Source: Botryllus schlosseri
Taxonomy: Eukaryota
Assembly (NCBI GenBank): GCA_051294905.1
Contig: CM119378.1
Coordinates: 372,001 to 436,000 of the forward strand
Direction: 5' to 3'
Length of the DNA stretch: 64,000 bases
In this document: positions 48,723 through 62,083 of the stretch, in pieces
Position numbering within the stretch: position 1 is the first letter of the stretch
Layout of the letters: each line of letters starts with the position of its first letter
Notes under the pieces: model-generated
Told to the model about the DNA's origin: nothing
The model's database searches: none
The model's input: only the letters and a program-made list of their open reading frames with translations
Translations under genes and position numbers: made by a program

Positions 48723-51700
48723 GTGTTAATTGATATGGAATCAAGCGAATAAGAATTGCTAAGAATATTCGATGACGTGAGTATCTCGCTCTCGAAAAGC
48801 ATGAGAATGCGATTTGACGTGCACCGGCCTTGCGACGGCATGATGAGGATTCAACCAAGGGTTCGCCTAGCTTCACGTTTACGGTTTGCAATCGCTATGG
48901 TAGTACCTCATATGCCTTTGGCAAAGTTTTCGGGGTGTGACAAGTGCCGAGTAAGGCGGATTTGAATACAAGAGCGCTAAATGGATTGAAAATTTCCGGT
49001 AGACGAAGGAGACCGCAGTCTACACTGATTTTGGACATTTCGCTAGCGGAATGAGATTATATTTTCGTGGCCGGCGCCTCCGAGAGCTTAGGCGGGTTTT
49101 TGTCACATTTCGCACCCGGCAAGCAAACTCAAATTCTGCCGTACAAATGGAGAATATGTTGTGTCGAGTAATGATTTTTTTAATACTTAGGAGCCTCTGA
49201 TAGCCTGCGCATATTGCCTTGCATTATCACCAGAGCGAAAAGTTTTATTATAGCCTCGGCATCATAATATACGCCAATAATAACAGGCGTGACAGGTATG
49301 ATTGTAGGGGCAATGATATTATCACCAGAGAAGTGGCCAAAAATCCGTTCGTCTGTAAAAGTATACGCAAGTAGATCCTGTCTGACTGTAACAAAACGCG
49401 GTCTTAATCGAAAAAAATATTGGTAGGCTACACACTCGGTACAGCTCATCCAAACTTGTCTACATAATGGGTGAGGCTCATGGTTGTCAATAAAGTTTGC
49501 GCAATGGAAGGCGTGAAAGTATATGCTGATACTCGAATGGATCAAAGGATTTGATGGGAAAAAGGGATAAGTGCTCATAGGCTTAACAAGCGTGTTATCT
49601 AGGACAGGGGTCGGCAGCCTTAAGCATACTAAGAGTCATTCAAAATCATCACATAAACCGAGTGAGAGGCGCAAACTCATTTTTTTATTATATGACGAAA
49701 ATAACACTTACAGTTAAGTGACGAAACTATAGAAAATGTAACAATAATGTTTCACTACAGGCACAATTGTGAATATTATCTCGTGATCTTGTCATCAAAA
49801 CAACACTTTTGGTTGAATATAATATATATGCGTGTGCCTTACTAATACGATTCGAAGAATAGATTTCTATTGGATAAGGGTCAATGTGCGAAGTTTGTTG
49901 TGATTTGTCTTTTCAATTGCGTCCAGTTTTTCTACGTTATTTTAAGGCGTCCGATTTACATGCAGATTAAAGACTTGGAGTATTCTCTATAATGCAGATA
50001 GATCGAGTTGATTGCAGTTAAAAAAAAACTTCGAGAAACCCTGTTTTAAGGTAAATTTCCGCGGCTTTTATGTGTGACGTTGTCGTATCAACACGGATAA
50101 TATAATATCTGTATCACGGTAAAGAAGTATACAATTAATGATTTTATTACAGTGTAACTGTTTTTAGACACGAGGATGCGTATCGCAAAAAACGATCTGC
50201 AAAAATACATACAATCCATCGACCAAATCTATATTTTCAGTAAGCTACCAACTTGAATACTTGTCAGGCCTTACATTTTTTTCTTCCACCCGAAGTAGTT
50301 TTGACATGGCTTGGAAACCGCTACTTCTCTACTTGAGTGAAAATATATACGGCGTGACTTGTAGTTTTACTTGAGTATAGCAACACTGACTAATTTGAGC
50401 ACATTTACATGTACTTTCAGCAACTAATTTAGTGTTCATGCTCTTGCTGCTGTGAATTACGTTGATAACGATCGGAATGCTTACCGTCATGAAACTATAT
50501 ACATCATAATAGTGGTTTGCCGTGACTCATCATTCTCGCTACAGGACAGACGAAAATAAGTTTATTTCAAAAATAAGAAAAAAATTCAGTGAAATGATGG
50601 CCAACGGTTTTATATATTGGCCGATATGTTCGGATAAAGACATATGTTGTAAAAATTTTAATGAAATAATATATGTATAGCAATATAGTTGAATGTAATA
50701 TGCATATTATACACAAAAAAATCAAATATCCAATATACGTATGTATAGTCGTCCGGAGAGGACGATCATTCAACCATTTATGTATCTTGGAGTCGACATT
50801 TATCAAAATCCGCCAACTTGTAGTGTTTGTGCCAACAACAGGAATTTGTGTATCATCTGAAAATAGCGCATTGAGCTCAAGCCATCTGTTCGTCTCGGTT
50901 ACTCAAATGTTCAGGCCGGTGACGTCATATTTGGTGATACGTTTGTTGATACACAATGTTCTTTTCAAATCCGTGCTCGTTGGTAACGATTGCTATTGAA
51001 GCAGAAAATATTTGGGTTTACTTCAATTTAAATATATTATATAATGATATATATTTATGTATGTAGATGCGATTTGGTATTCAACGTCTGCCAGTCAAAA
51101 TATACGAAACAAGTAGCTATAAAAACAAAAATCGTTTTAAAAAAAGCTATATATTTTTATGAACAGTTTTTATATTGATGTTTGTCGTGATTATAAAGTA
51201 GGCTACATGCGATGCAAAAAGCAATTCAAATATCAACATATAAAGCTCATGTAATGAATATAACACAGTGAAAATATATATAGTATAATGAAAAATGTTT
51301 TTCAAGCTATGAGTTTTGTTTTGAGGCGGATGTTGCTGATGCGCGTCATCCAATCGAAGGACTTCAACTGCGCGACTGCGATATCACGATATAAAGTCCT
51401 GCATTCCGCGGATGCAACATTTTATAGAGCCTTCTGTTGGTGTGCAAACAATAGCGAGAGGCCGTGGCGAAGCAGAATTAAAAGGCGTATGAATTTCACG
51501 TCTTGCTTTGTTGAGTAACTTGCAAAGTTAATCGCAATTCACAAACAAACGGAGAGTTAAAGAGCCGTGAAGAGATCACATCATCTCTAATTCGTCTGCC
51601 TGTCTGCAGATTATTAGCATCTTGGCGTTACAACTCGATGACGTACGTGTAAAAGGAAAGATGAAGATTTAGGGTATAGGATGTTTTGACTCGTTCTCTG

Positions 51701-52858
51701 TGCAACGAAAACAAACAGGATTGAACTCAACGCTTCCCGTCTCGCTCGATGAGATTTTCAAAGATAAAGTTTTGATTCGCGGCGGTTCTGCTTCCCTTTC
51801 ACGCGCCGTTGCGAAGGCGGCAACTTTTATGAGTCCAGCGATTTTGTGAGTTGTTTTATGAGTAATCTCACAGACTTACTTCAGATGAGGGAAAGCAACG
51901 ATTTGTAAAGGCAAGAAATCAAGGTGAGACTGAAATCTCAGATGCAATCCTATGCGAAAGCCGTGAAATTATCGATACAATTTCTATCGAGAGGAGCGTA
52001 TACTCTTCGCGAGGCAATGCGTCCTGACTTGCTCCGTGTTGAGAACAAATTACATCGTGTTGTAGCTTGCTTGCTTTGTGTGTTTTAAACGCATAAACGC
52101 AACAGAACCATCAAGTATATGATTATAAGCCAAGCTCTGATCGTTATACAAACGCGTTAGATGAATATAGTGGTTAATCGCTAGCAGACTCAGGTCCGAA
52201 TTGAGAGCAGACTTGGACAACTAGATAATTCCAGTTGTCTAATTAGACTAATTAGAGTGAAGTGACATTAATCTAAATATAGTAAGATCTTGGTTATACG
52301 GTTATACTTTCATACTTTATTGACCTTCCACTTTCAAAGTAATAATTATATTTATTACATGAAAATCATTTTCACTTTAGCATCTGATAAAGGAGCGGCG
52401 CTGCGAAAGCTCGTGTAATAAATGAAATTATTATTTGGCCATTAATATGTTTGACCATTAATAGCTCAGTCAACAAATGGTTGCGCGTTAAAAAGCACAT
52501 TTTTTTAGTAACAGGCAACTTTTTCATAGGGGGGGAATTTATGCTCAAATGTCGGCAAAGGGGGGGGGGGGGCACGAGACGAAAAAGGTTGGGAACCACT
52601 GAATTCTGAATTACAGCGAAGTGACAGTAATCTAAATATAGTAAGATCTAGGTTGCTTTCATACCTTATTTAACTTCCACTTTCAAAGTAATAATTATAA
52701 TTATTAGATGAAAATCATTTTCACTTTAACACCAGATTCATTCTTATTCTAATCTAATTTGGCAAAGGTGTGAGACTTAGTTGTCCAACAAAGTTGCCCA
52801 ACTGTACATGCTTGACAGCAGGTTAACAGAAAATATCACAATTCTGTTTACAGCGACG

Positions 52859-55800
52859 ATGCGCAACTGCTTGTGGCTCGCGATGTCCATGTTCCTGTTT
52901 CCGACCGCAAGCAGCTCTCACTTCAAGCTCACTCGGGAGATGCAGCAGGTTTTCACGAAGGTTAGTTCACTTCTAATGTTTGTTAGTTGAAGGACGCGTC
53001 TGGAAATACGATTTGAGTTGAGTTTTGTTTTGTTGGGTAATGTGCATGTTATATTTTATCGTTTATTTCGACGAGGCGACGCATGGTTTTAGGGAATCAG
53101 TTTGCAATTCAACTGCGTGGTATTTCGTTTTTCTATATAGCTGTCTGATTTTGGTCGATTTGATTGTTTCATTACTGTTTTACTTGTCTCTTCGCTTATT
53201 GTCCCCGTAGAACTCGTCTCGTTCTCCATTCCATCGAGCATCGGACGAGCAAGCACTTGCCAATCTATGGCTGAAAGCATGTTCGTATCTACAAAGCAAA
53301 CCAAGTCCATATTGTTATTCGATTTGGATTGCTTGATTATAGTTGAATACAATATTGATACGCAAGGTTTATCGAGTCCCAATTAAAGCAGATTCGAGCT
53401 GAGCAATTAAGCATAGACAGGATTCGACCAGGGATATATATATCCCTGGATTCGACGCCTGGAAAATCGGCACTCATTGGGAGTGAGTGTCGTGTCGAAA
53501 CATTTAGGCCTATTATTTCATTGTATTTTTGTGAGTCATGTAAAGTGTAGATGACTCTATGATATCGAGCGTTCGTCTAAACCAGCGGTTCCCAACCTGG
53601 GGTCCTCATATCAACGTCGTGAGAAAACGAAAAGAAGCGATATTTTACTTCCGTTTCTGTAAATCTACATTTGTCAGCAAGCGCAAGCACGCGAGAATAA
53701 ACTATGCCGGTATGCATATCTAGTTGCTGCCTATATACCATGTGTACAAGTACATTGACCTTACAATACTATACTACATCTACCACGACTAGGGTTGCAT
53801 TTAAAACAAACGGTGTTTTAAAACAGTTTGTTTAAAACATGTTTTAAACATTATTTTAACAAATGCCTTTGAAAATAAATTGTGTCTTTTTTAGTTGTAA
53901 AATTATGCCATAATTGTATAAATACTTTTTAAAAACATGTTGTATGAGCCTACGGACAATTACCACCCGATATAGCTAACGTATATCGATATGTAATGGT
54001 TGGAGCCCTCAAAATAGTCGGTTAAACAGCAATAGTACATATATTTCATCAAAGGAGCTATATTTTAGCTACCCTATATTTTCAACTGTCAATGTTATGA
54101 CGTCACAATTGAATATCCGTGACGTCATAACTTGAAAAAACATGTTTTAAACAAGGCCTTGTTTTAAACATGTTTTTTTTAAATTGCTTTTTGTTTTAAA
54201 GGCAACCCTAATCACGACGCACTCGTCTACCGCGCTCGTCTACTACGAAATAGAAAACAAGTGGCTTAGTACAGGAAAGACAACAATAGCCCTCAGTCGG
54301 CATGGCATCTTTAATCGCTGATTTAAAAATTTAAATCCCAAGGGAAACCGCTTGGCCAAAGGCGACCAAGTCCTAACAGTGCGAGGCGCAACTTTCGCTA
54401 AAAACATCTGGCCCTTGTCTCCTGCTGTGTAGATGTAGTGAATTGGTTGTCAACCTATTTTGTCTTTATTTATATATTTCCCCCCACTTGTTTGTCTAGT
54501 TTCTCTATTTTAGTATTATAGCAACTGCTATTTCAATTTCATGCCAATGGTGTATTCAACTTTTGTTCTCTCGTTCGTTCCGTTGTTCTTTCTTTCTTCA
54601 ACAACAACATCAACAATTTGACACAGTACAGTAGTTGAGTAGCCTAATTATTACAATGGTCATTAGTCAATAGTATGTTAATTAGGTTTCACGCAAAATT
54701 CAGGCAGGGGCCCGCAAAATTAATAATTTGTCTAACAGAGCCCGTGACAGCAAAAAAAAGTTGTGAACCACTGGTCTATACCTTGCTTATCTGTATATCT
54801 TATATCATATTGCAACTAATCGAAATTTGTATATATGCTTTTTGAAGTAGCCTACAGAACTACAATATTGCAGCAGTCAGTATATTCTCAGCATTGCCAA
54901 GTTTATTCCTTTCGAAGCTTTTCGGCTGAATCTCATCAGGATCGAATGTCAATTTGTGTCTGCTATACCAAATTTAAAATATAGAAATAATTTTGAAGAG
55001 CTTCTTGGAGGTACAGAATTTCAGTAAACAATTGAATAGTTAAATAATTTTGCCGTTTCGACGTAATAATGACATGCACGTACACAGGGCCGCAAACGGC
55101 AGACCAACAACGCATAGTTAGCCTACTATAAAAGGAACAATTTCGGCTATAAAATCGGATTTTTCTTCTTGTTAAAGATTCTCATTCTTTTGTTGCAGTT
55201 GGAAAGCCGAATGAAGGCTGCAAGGAGCCCTCCTAGGAAAAGCCCCGGTAAATCACTCAGTTTTACATACAATCCAGTCTATAAAGATTGACGCGACATA
55301 TTCTACGGACGTAATATCGTTTATATTTCAGATTCGCCCGAGAAAGCGCGGAAATGGCAAAAGCTGAACATCACGTACAAAATTTTCGGCCACCCTCATT
55401 CTCTCACTAAACCAGAAACGCTGCAAGTTTTTCGCAAAGCTTTCAAAACTTGGTCGAAAATATCGGCGTTACGTTTCAGCCCAAGCGACGATAATGCGAT
55501 CGCGGACATCAATATCAGGTGACGTATCAGATATTGTATATCGCATCGGATCGATAGCTTCGTGATGAGTATATTAATAAATACAGTCATATCCGCCTAA
55601 TTCGGACACCGGGCTTTATTCGTCGAAAATGCTACGGAATGAAACAAAATTAAAAAGTGCACGCGCAAAATTCCGTTCATTCGAACAATTTTTCGCTCAA
55701 CTCGGACACAGCTTCGCAATTACTATCGTTATTCCCCAGTAAAGTAGACGAAGAAAAAAGTGCATGGGTTAGTCCAGAGTTGGATCAATTACATTATTTC

Positions 55801-58800
55801 AGTTCAATTACAATTACAATTACTCCCTTGCATGTTTCAATTACATTAAAATTACTCAATGCTAAAAATATCAAATTACAATTACAATTACTGTTAAACA
55901 TGTAATTGATTCGGTAGAGAGGTGCTATTCAAAAACTGTAGCGACGTAATTAGCAACAATCTCAAGCTATTCGTGTTTCATTCATGATACACAGAAGGCA
56001 GAATACTCTTCATTAAAAAAAACTCGAACGTATTCGAGCTATTCCTAATCATGAGTACTGAAAAATACGAACACAGAAATAAATTTTAAGCAACTATTAA
56101 CAACCAAAAGTTTGAGCGACTGGCAACGACTAACAGCGATTAGGCTACAAGACAGTTAATGAAATGTAATCAAACGATTACTCAGAGCTGAGTGAGGCAA
56201 ATGAAATGTAATTGGTAAGGCGTCACCGATAAGGATGATACCGATAAGGTGTGTAAAATTGAAATAAATGCAAAAGGAAAAAATCTCCCGATAACTACTA
56301 ATTACAAAAATTTTGGTTCGGATTTACATTTTCACTTGCTCAAAAACTATTAGATTGCATTTGATGAACATTAGGGTGCGGTAAGTTTGGCTAAGATTGC
56401 AGGAAAGATTGGAATTACATTTCTAAATACTGGTCAGGAGATTAAAAACTCTGACCGTGGTGTTGGAAATGGTTCAGCACAGAAGAGTTTATTGGTTGTT
56501 CATTCATTTTTGAAATATTAAGATTTAGTTTAGCCCAGTGGTTCTCAAACTTTGTAGACACGCCCCATTTTATGACAGTGAAATATTTCGTGCCCTCCTC
56601 ATGGTCATATCACATAATGAAACCAAAATGTTAGCAATCCTTACAGATAGTTTGATGGTATGGAAGGTTATGATTGCTGATGAGAGAATTCTCCAATATG
56701 AAATTCGGACTACACAGAGCAATAACTATCAGATGCAAATCGCGCCAAGCGCGGAAAAATGTTTCAGTTTACCAGAGCTTCATGCTGCCCTTCAGATGCT
56801 TTCACGCCTCCCAAGGGGGGGGGGGGGGGCAGGTTGAGAACCACTGGTTTAGCCTATACTGTAATTCACTAAGTTTTCTGTTGCTACTGAAGTATGGGAA
56901 AAATTTTAGCATGGCTGCGGAATATCAAGTTAACGAGGCACGCATAGAACGCCCAAGTAAATAGGCTAATTATTTTATGTTCTGATTGTCAGGTTTCAAC
57001 AACAATGTAATTTAAATTGTAATTAGGCAAAAATTTATCAAATTACAATTACAATTACACAAAATAGAAATGCTTGAATTACAATTACATGAAAAAAATG
57101 TAATAATTACATTCAGCTCCATTACAAATTACAATTGTTCCAACTCTGGATAGTATACGATATTTCCGCAATTTTAATCCTAAATGTGCGTGTTACACAG
57201 TAATACAGTTGGATCGTTTGTTAATAGGCCAACACTCCTACAGTAGGGGAGGTGTGGTAACGATGGATCACTGGGACCGAAAATACTTGAAAAATTCTCC
57301 ATGATAATTCCATGATTACACTCCGTGAATTTGTCTACAATTACATGCTGACAGAATCTTTCCTCACATGCAAAATATTCGACCTGCGTGAGTTATGGGG
57401 TCTGTGACGAATGATTTACGTTTTAGGGGGTGTAAAGTAAATTTGGATCGATATTTTCATTTTTATATATCACCTTTCAGACTAATAAACCCGCCATAAT
57501 TTTTGATGGGAAGTATAGGGCTTGTATCAGGGTATATAATGGCACATATTTTTCGAATCAATACCATCCTCGAGTGGACTATTTTCAAGTCAATTACAAT
57601 ATTTATGGGGTTGGAACCTATGGTACCATAGCAAAATCAAGCAAAATAGATGGACCAACTAGCCTAATCACTTAACAACAGAAACTCGCCTACATATATA
57701 TAGGCTGTAAATCATAGTTACCTGTGGTGTTTTATCGCTATTACGATGTATTTGAAAGTGAAAATGTCGATTTTCGGGTAATATGTATGTGGCATTAATT
57801 TTGTAAGTTTAGGCGTAAATCAAAACATGATTTTATGCCAACATTTTAGTTGATATAATCTATTTTATTCTTGAAGGTAGCGACGAAACATTCTTCATTG
57901 GCTTGCTGTAGCTTAGCTTATAGTACACAACAAAACAAGTTACCAAATTTGGGTTTTTGAGCGTATGTCTCATAGGTCCCATGGTCGTGTGCCTTTGGAC
58001 CCACCGGGTGGGGACCGATGACACGTTCGAGCGACAAATTTTAAACGTTCATAAATATTTTTTGAAAAGGCGGATATTCATGTAAATGTCCGCGATAGGT
58101 AGAGCTTGTATCGAAGTGAGACAGGAAAAGATATGCTTTGTTTCGGGGTATTCATGGTGTTTGTCGACTGCTATGGTCATTTACACCAGGCCGATATTCT
58201 TCAAATTTTTCCGTAACTACCGACTTATAGCACGGCCCACCTTTAGACTTTTTGTAAGACACCGCTGACGCGGATGAGGTGGCGAGGAGGAGCCTAGGTA
58301 AACCTCCAACACTTAGTTATCGGAATTCGGAAGTCGACCTCGGTCGGACTCGAACCCGCACCCATTGGTGTTGCAGCCGCGGATTATACCACTGCGCTAT
58401 CTCGCCATGCTATTCTCGGCTGAAGATTTGAGGGACAGAGATTATTTTGCAATTTTTGATCCATCGGTACCACATCTCCCCTATACAGTGTTCGCTTGGT
58501 ATCGAAATAGAAACTGCAATTTATCCATTAAGTAACAGTATTTTTAATGCCTTGTCTGCCTTTGAAACGAACAATTGATTCTGCCTTGAATTCGGACAAC
58601 AACCGAATATATCAATGTGTGAATAGCTATATTATTAAATAATACTAAATATTACTAGTCGAGGTTAAAATTGTAGCATAATCATGTAGTCATATATCAT
58701 GAGAATCAAAAGCTCTTCAAATATTAATAAATATGAATGAATGTTATTATCTATTTGATGGCGTTAGGTTCGAATTTGGTTTCCACGGCGACGGCGACGT

Positions 58801-61592
58801 GAACGCGTTCGACGGTCCGGGCGGACATTTGGCGCACGCTTTGCCACCGCCTTCCGGAGAGATCCATTTCGATGCCGCGGAGAATTGGTCGAGGCGATTC
58901 TCGGGAACCAAACACGAGATCGTCATGTCACCGGGGACTGGTGATAAAGAATTGCAAAGTCGTCGCTACTACAGGTTCATGTAGCACAGATTCGATTCGA
59001 TAAATTCTTACAATCTTGACTTTTAACGAAAGCTTGCTCGTTGCGGCCGTGCACGAGATGGGACATGGTCTGGGATTGCGGCACAGTGACGCCACCGGTA
59101 GCATTATGGCTGCCTCGTATGCGGCGCAAAAATCGAAGTCGGAAGATCTTCTCGCGGAAAGCGATGTTTCAGCGATTCGTCTCCTTTATGGTATGCGTTA
59201 CTATTGTGTTGTGTATATGCATGGCCATGGTAGAGCCTATGTTAAGGGTTTTCCAAATAAAACTTGATCAATTTTTACTGAATCGTTCGTAAAATCATTT
59301 GGTTACCTAGAAAACGACGCACATCAAATTTGGCTTGCTTCCGATCTGTTGCAGTGAAGTTATTACAGTCAGAAAATTGGGATTTCTTTAAAAATAGGCT
59401 ACATATATTGCTAGCTGCCCGTGGAAGCGAAGTCATTGGAGTAGAAAACTTTTGATATGAAATGATAGTATTTTCGGTGGGAAAATGTTTGGTGAGGGAG
59501 GGGAAGAATTTGGTGTAGCGATTGTTTAGGCAGCCTTAGTTAACGATTTTGTCAACGAGCCAGTGAATTTTGAAAATAAGTTGCTTTTTAAACAACCGTA
59601 ATATAGATAGATGTAGCCTATATGTTATATCACTTATTTTACACACAACTTGCTATCTTCACTCATGACGTCTCAAAGTCTGAGAAATTAGTCGACAGAT
59701 CGAGTCAGTTGGCGCATGCGCAGTAATTCGCTTCGACAGCATTGTATTGGGCGGGTGTGTCACTTTGACTTGAACGGTTTCCAGGCAAAACTGCATACCG
59801 TTTGCGCTTTGGATTTTGTAAGGTAGAAAGTAGCTTTGGGATATGCTTCGATCCCTATTATATGTGAAATTGTCGTGATATACGTTATGCATCACGGTAA
59901 CTGAGACAATATCACATCAATGAAGTAATGTCTGGGCGAGGTAGGGCAACAGTCTGAATATGACGACAAGAGCTAATCAAGTAGGGATTTGGAAAATCTA
60001 TTATACGGCAATTCACGGATATTTTGTGGTAATGCATTCTAAATGATCGGTCGTGAGTAGTCGATAGATGTCTTAGTTAGGTTGCTATTGGATGGGGGCA
60101 AGTAGATATTCGCCTTCGACGAGGATCTTGTGTAATGAGAGTGGACATTTTTAGCAGGTATGAAATAGTCATCAAGCACATGAGGCAAACAACAGGAAAA
60201 GCATTTGTGTATAATTTTTGATACTTCGAAACAATACAGTTTTGAAAAGGAAGCTGTTCCAATTCTAGTTCGAGTGGCAAATTTTAAACAGGGAGAAGTT
60301 CTAGCTCTATTTGAAAAGGATTTTGAAAAGTGAGTAGGTTATATACCGTTATAATTGTAGTTGCGCATTTTGAATATACAGGAGTTTGTCCAAGCCTGAC
60401 CAGACCGCTTCACAATGCTCGAATCCTACCAAGCTGGAATAAAATCGTCTGACCCAATCATGACGTCACGATGAGATTTACATAATGTATCATTTTGCAG
60501 GTCGCCGAAATTTATCGACTCGAGACACAAACCGCTCGCATTCCAAACGACAAATTGTGACGCCTCGACCCAACCCTTGCAACGCTCGAGTCGACGCCGC
60601 GTTTTCGGCAGGCGGGGAGTCGATATATTTCTTCAGAGGACGCTACGTTTGGACGTGGAACGAAACTGGATTTTCCACGCCTGAAAAGTCAAAGCGTCGA
60701 TTCAGTCTTTCGAAACCGCGAGTGAACGCTGCCTGCTCTTCCACTTTCAGTGGTCGGACTTATATTTTCTCAGGTAGAATTCGATTATAGAACCATATGC
60801 AATCTTTCAGGAAGACTTGGGCCATTAGATCATTCTAGATGCCTCATTAGAGCGATGTCCAGATAATCTAATTCCAATCTGATTTTTCAAATGTTTCAAT
60901 TCTGTCATTTTCATTCTAATATAGTTTGGGAGAGCTGGTGATTTCTAATTATCCGACTCTTCACTCAGGTGCGACTCCAGCGATAGTTGGATCGTTATTA
61001 CCGCCATTTTGTTCGGAAATCCAGACTGGGAGTTGTTGAAGAAGACCAACAGACTTAATTTATTTGTCTTTCAGTCTGTTTTCAAAACAGAAATTGACAT
61101 CTTTGACCTTGTGCAAACGACATTCCGTTGAAGTATCAAAAAAATCTCATCACAATGAAATCTGATATATTGTGTTTCGTGACAGGACACAAATACTGGC
61201 GTTACTACAACGACCGCCTGGAAAGTGGATTCCCACGCTTGCTCAGAAAGCATGGCCTTCCTACAAGACCCAATGCAGCCATCCACATTCCTGACTCGGG
61301 CGATATTCTCGTCATGAAAGGCAGGAGGGTTTTCTTGTTCAATGAAGTTGACCAACACGCCAAAGAGCGCGATCAAAACTTCGGGGAAAGGAACCCGATT
61401 CATACCATCGATGCCGCGATCCATTTTCGGAACGACATATACCTCTTCAGAGAACATTCGATTTGGAGAGTCCCAGATTCAGAAATCAACGCGAATCTTT
61501 TCGTCCATAAATTCGCAGCTCCATTCACGAAGGCCCTACAAGTCCCGTGGTTGAAATACTGTGAAAACATTCGCGTGTCACATCACAACTGA
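52859..61592 (+). CDS. Secreted matrix metalloproteinase (M10A) with hemopexin domain; exons 52859-52960, 55199-55247, 55332-55518, 58768-58974, 59033-59190, 60501-60773, 61186-61592 (~460 aa; N-terminal exons less certain)
   Basis: Signal peptide MRNCLWLAMSMFLFPTASS; KWQKLNITY..FRKAFKTWSKISALRF..ADINI; HGDG..AFDGPGGHLAHA..GEIHFDAAENW; zinc motif HEMGHGLGLRHS; Met-turn SIMA; IRLLYG; hemopexin blades PC..VDAA..YFFRG, GHKYWRY, IDAA, ending WLKYC. All junctions are GT-AG and in phase. Confidence 0.88.
53429..53448. mobile_element. 20-bp perfect palindrome with 8-bp TSD; putative transposon excision footprint
   Basis: gattcgac-cagggatatatatatccctg-gattcgac. Confidence 0.7.
53583..54773. mobile_element. 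Charlie-like hAT MITE in MMP intron 1
   Basis: cagcggttcccaac ... gttgtgaaccactg; TSD gtctaaac/gtctatac. Confidence 0.75.
53790..54210. mobile_element. Nested hAT MITE with TAGGG ends
   Basis: tagggttgcatttaaaacaaa ... tttgttttaaaggcaacccta; TSD accacgac/atcacgac. Confidence 0.8.
55775..57148 (+). mobile_element. MITE with (CAATTA)n subterminal repeats
   Basis: cagagttggatcaatt ... aattgttccaactctg; reverse copy at 62125-63661. Confidence 0.8.
56536..56846. mobile_element. Nested Charlie-like MITE
   Basis: cagtggttctcaa ... ttgagaaccactg; exact TSD gtttagcc. Confidence 0.88.
57246..58481. mobile_element. TA-flanked MITE (Tc1/mariner-pogo-like)
   Basis: ta|ggggaggtgtggtaacgatggatc ... gatccatcggtaccacatctcccc|ta. 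Confidence 0.75.
58262..58406 (-). mobile_element. tRNA-derived SINE 5' part, inserted in the TA-flanked MITE
   Basis: Minus strand: A box tagcgcagtgg, B box ggttcgagtcc, core gttggaggtttacctaggctcct. Confidence 0.7.
59916..60210 (-). mobile_element. Degenerate LINE family B fragment in MMP intron 5
   Basis: Homologous to 4634-5030. Confidence 0.7.
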
Positions 61593-61713
61593 ACTTCTGC
61601 TTCAATATATACCAACAAAATTCAAGTCCGTGCTCGAAGCTAACAGCCTATACCTGCCATCTGGGCGATCTGTAAATCCATAAGTTCTTTGTTAATGACT
61701 ACCTCATCTGCGT

Positions 61714-62083
61714 AGGGAAGCGAGTGGCGCAGTTGGTTATGCACCAATGTCACGACACCAATGGTGGTGGTTCGAATCCCGGTTCGGACCTAATTCTATG
61801 TGTCGGAGGTTTATCTGGGCTCCTCATCGCTGACGTCACTGCATATATGCAGTGTCGTACGAAAAGCCCAGAAGCAAGTAAAGTCGAGCTTACGGAAATC
61901 GGCTGCAACAGACTCTGACGCGTGCAAGAGAGAGTGAAAGACGTGTATCTGAGTGTGACTGGAAGCCGTCCGCAAAAATCGTACCACAAGCAAAAAGACC
62001 AAGCAAAGGACAATATTCATGATCGGGCGCAAATGACCTTATCGGCGATAAGCGTCAAAAATTGTTCAAATACACACACACAC
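61714..62083 (+). mobile_element. Full-length tRNA-derived SINE with (CA)n tail and 13-bp TSD, just after the MMP stop codon
   Basis: A box tggcgcagttgg, B box ggttcgaatcc, core gtcggaggtttatctgggctcct; TSD acctcatctgcgt (61701-61713, 62084-62096). Confidence 0.9.

Noticed and set aside
49180..49578. 132-aa minus-strand ORF
   Set aside because: No motif or family resemblance; compatible with chance.
50522..53540. AP-1 (TGACTCA) sites as MMP regulatory elements
   Set aside because: A few 7-mers are expected by chance and the TSS is unknown.
14750..61592. Ancient synteny of RSPRY1, SelO, ZDHHC8 and MMP with human 16q/22q
   Set aside because: Orthology of the SelO and MMP genes is unresolved, so linkage cannot be assessed from this window.
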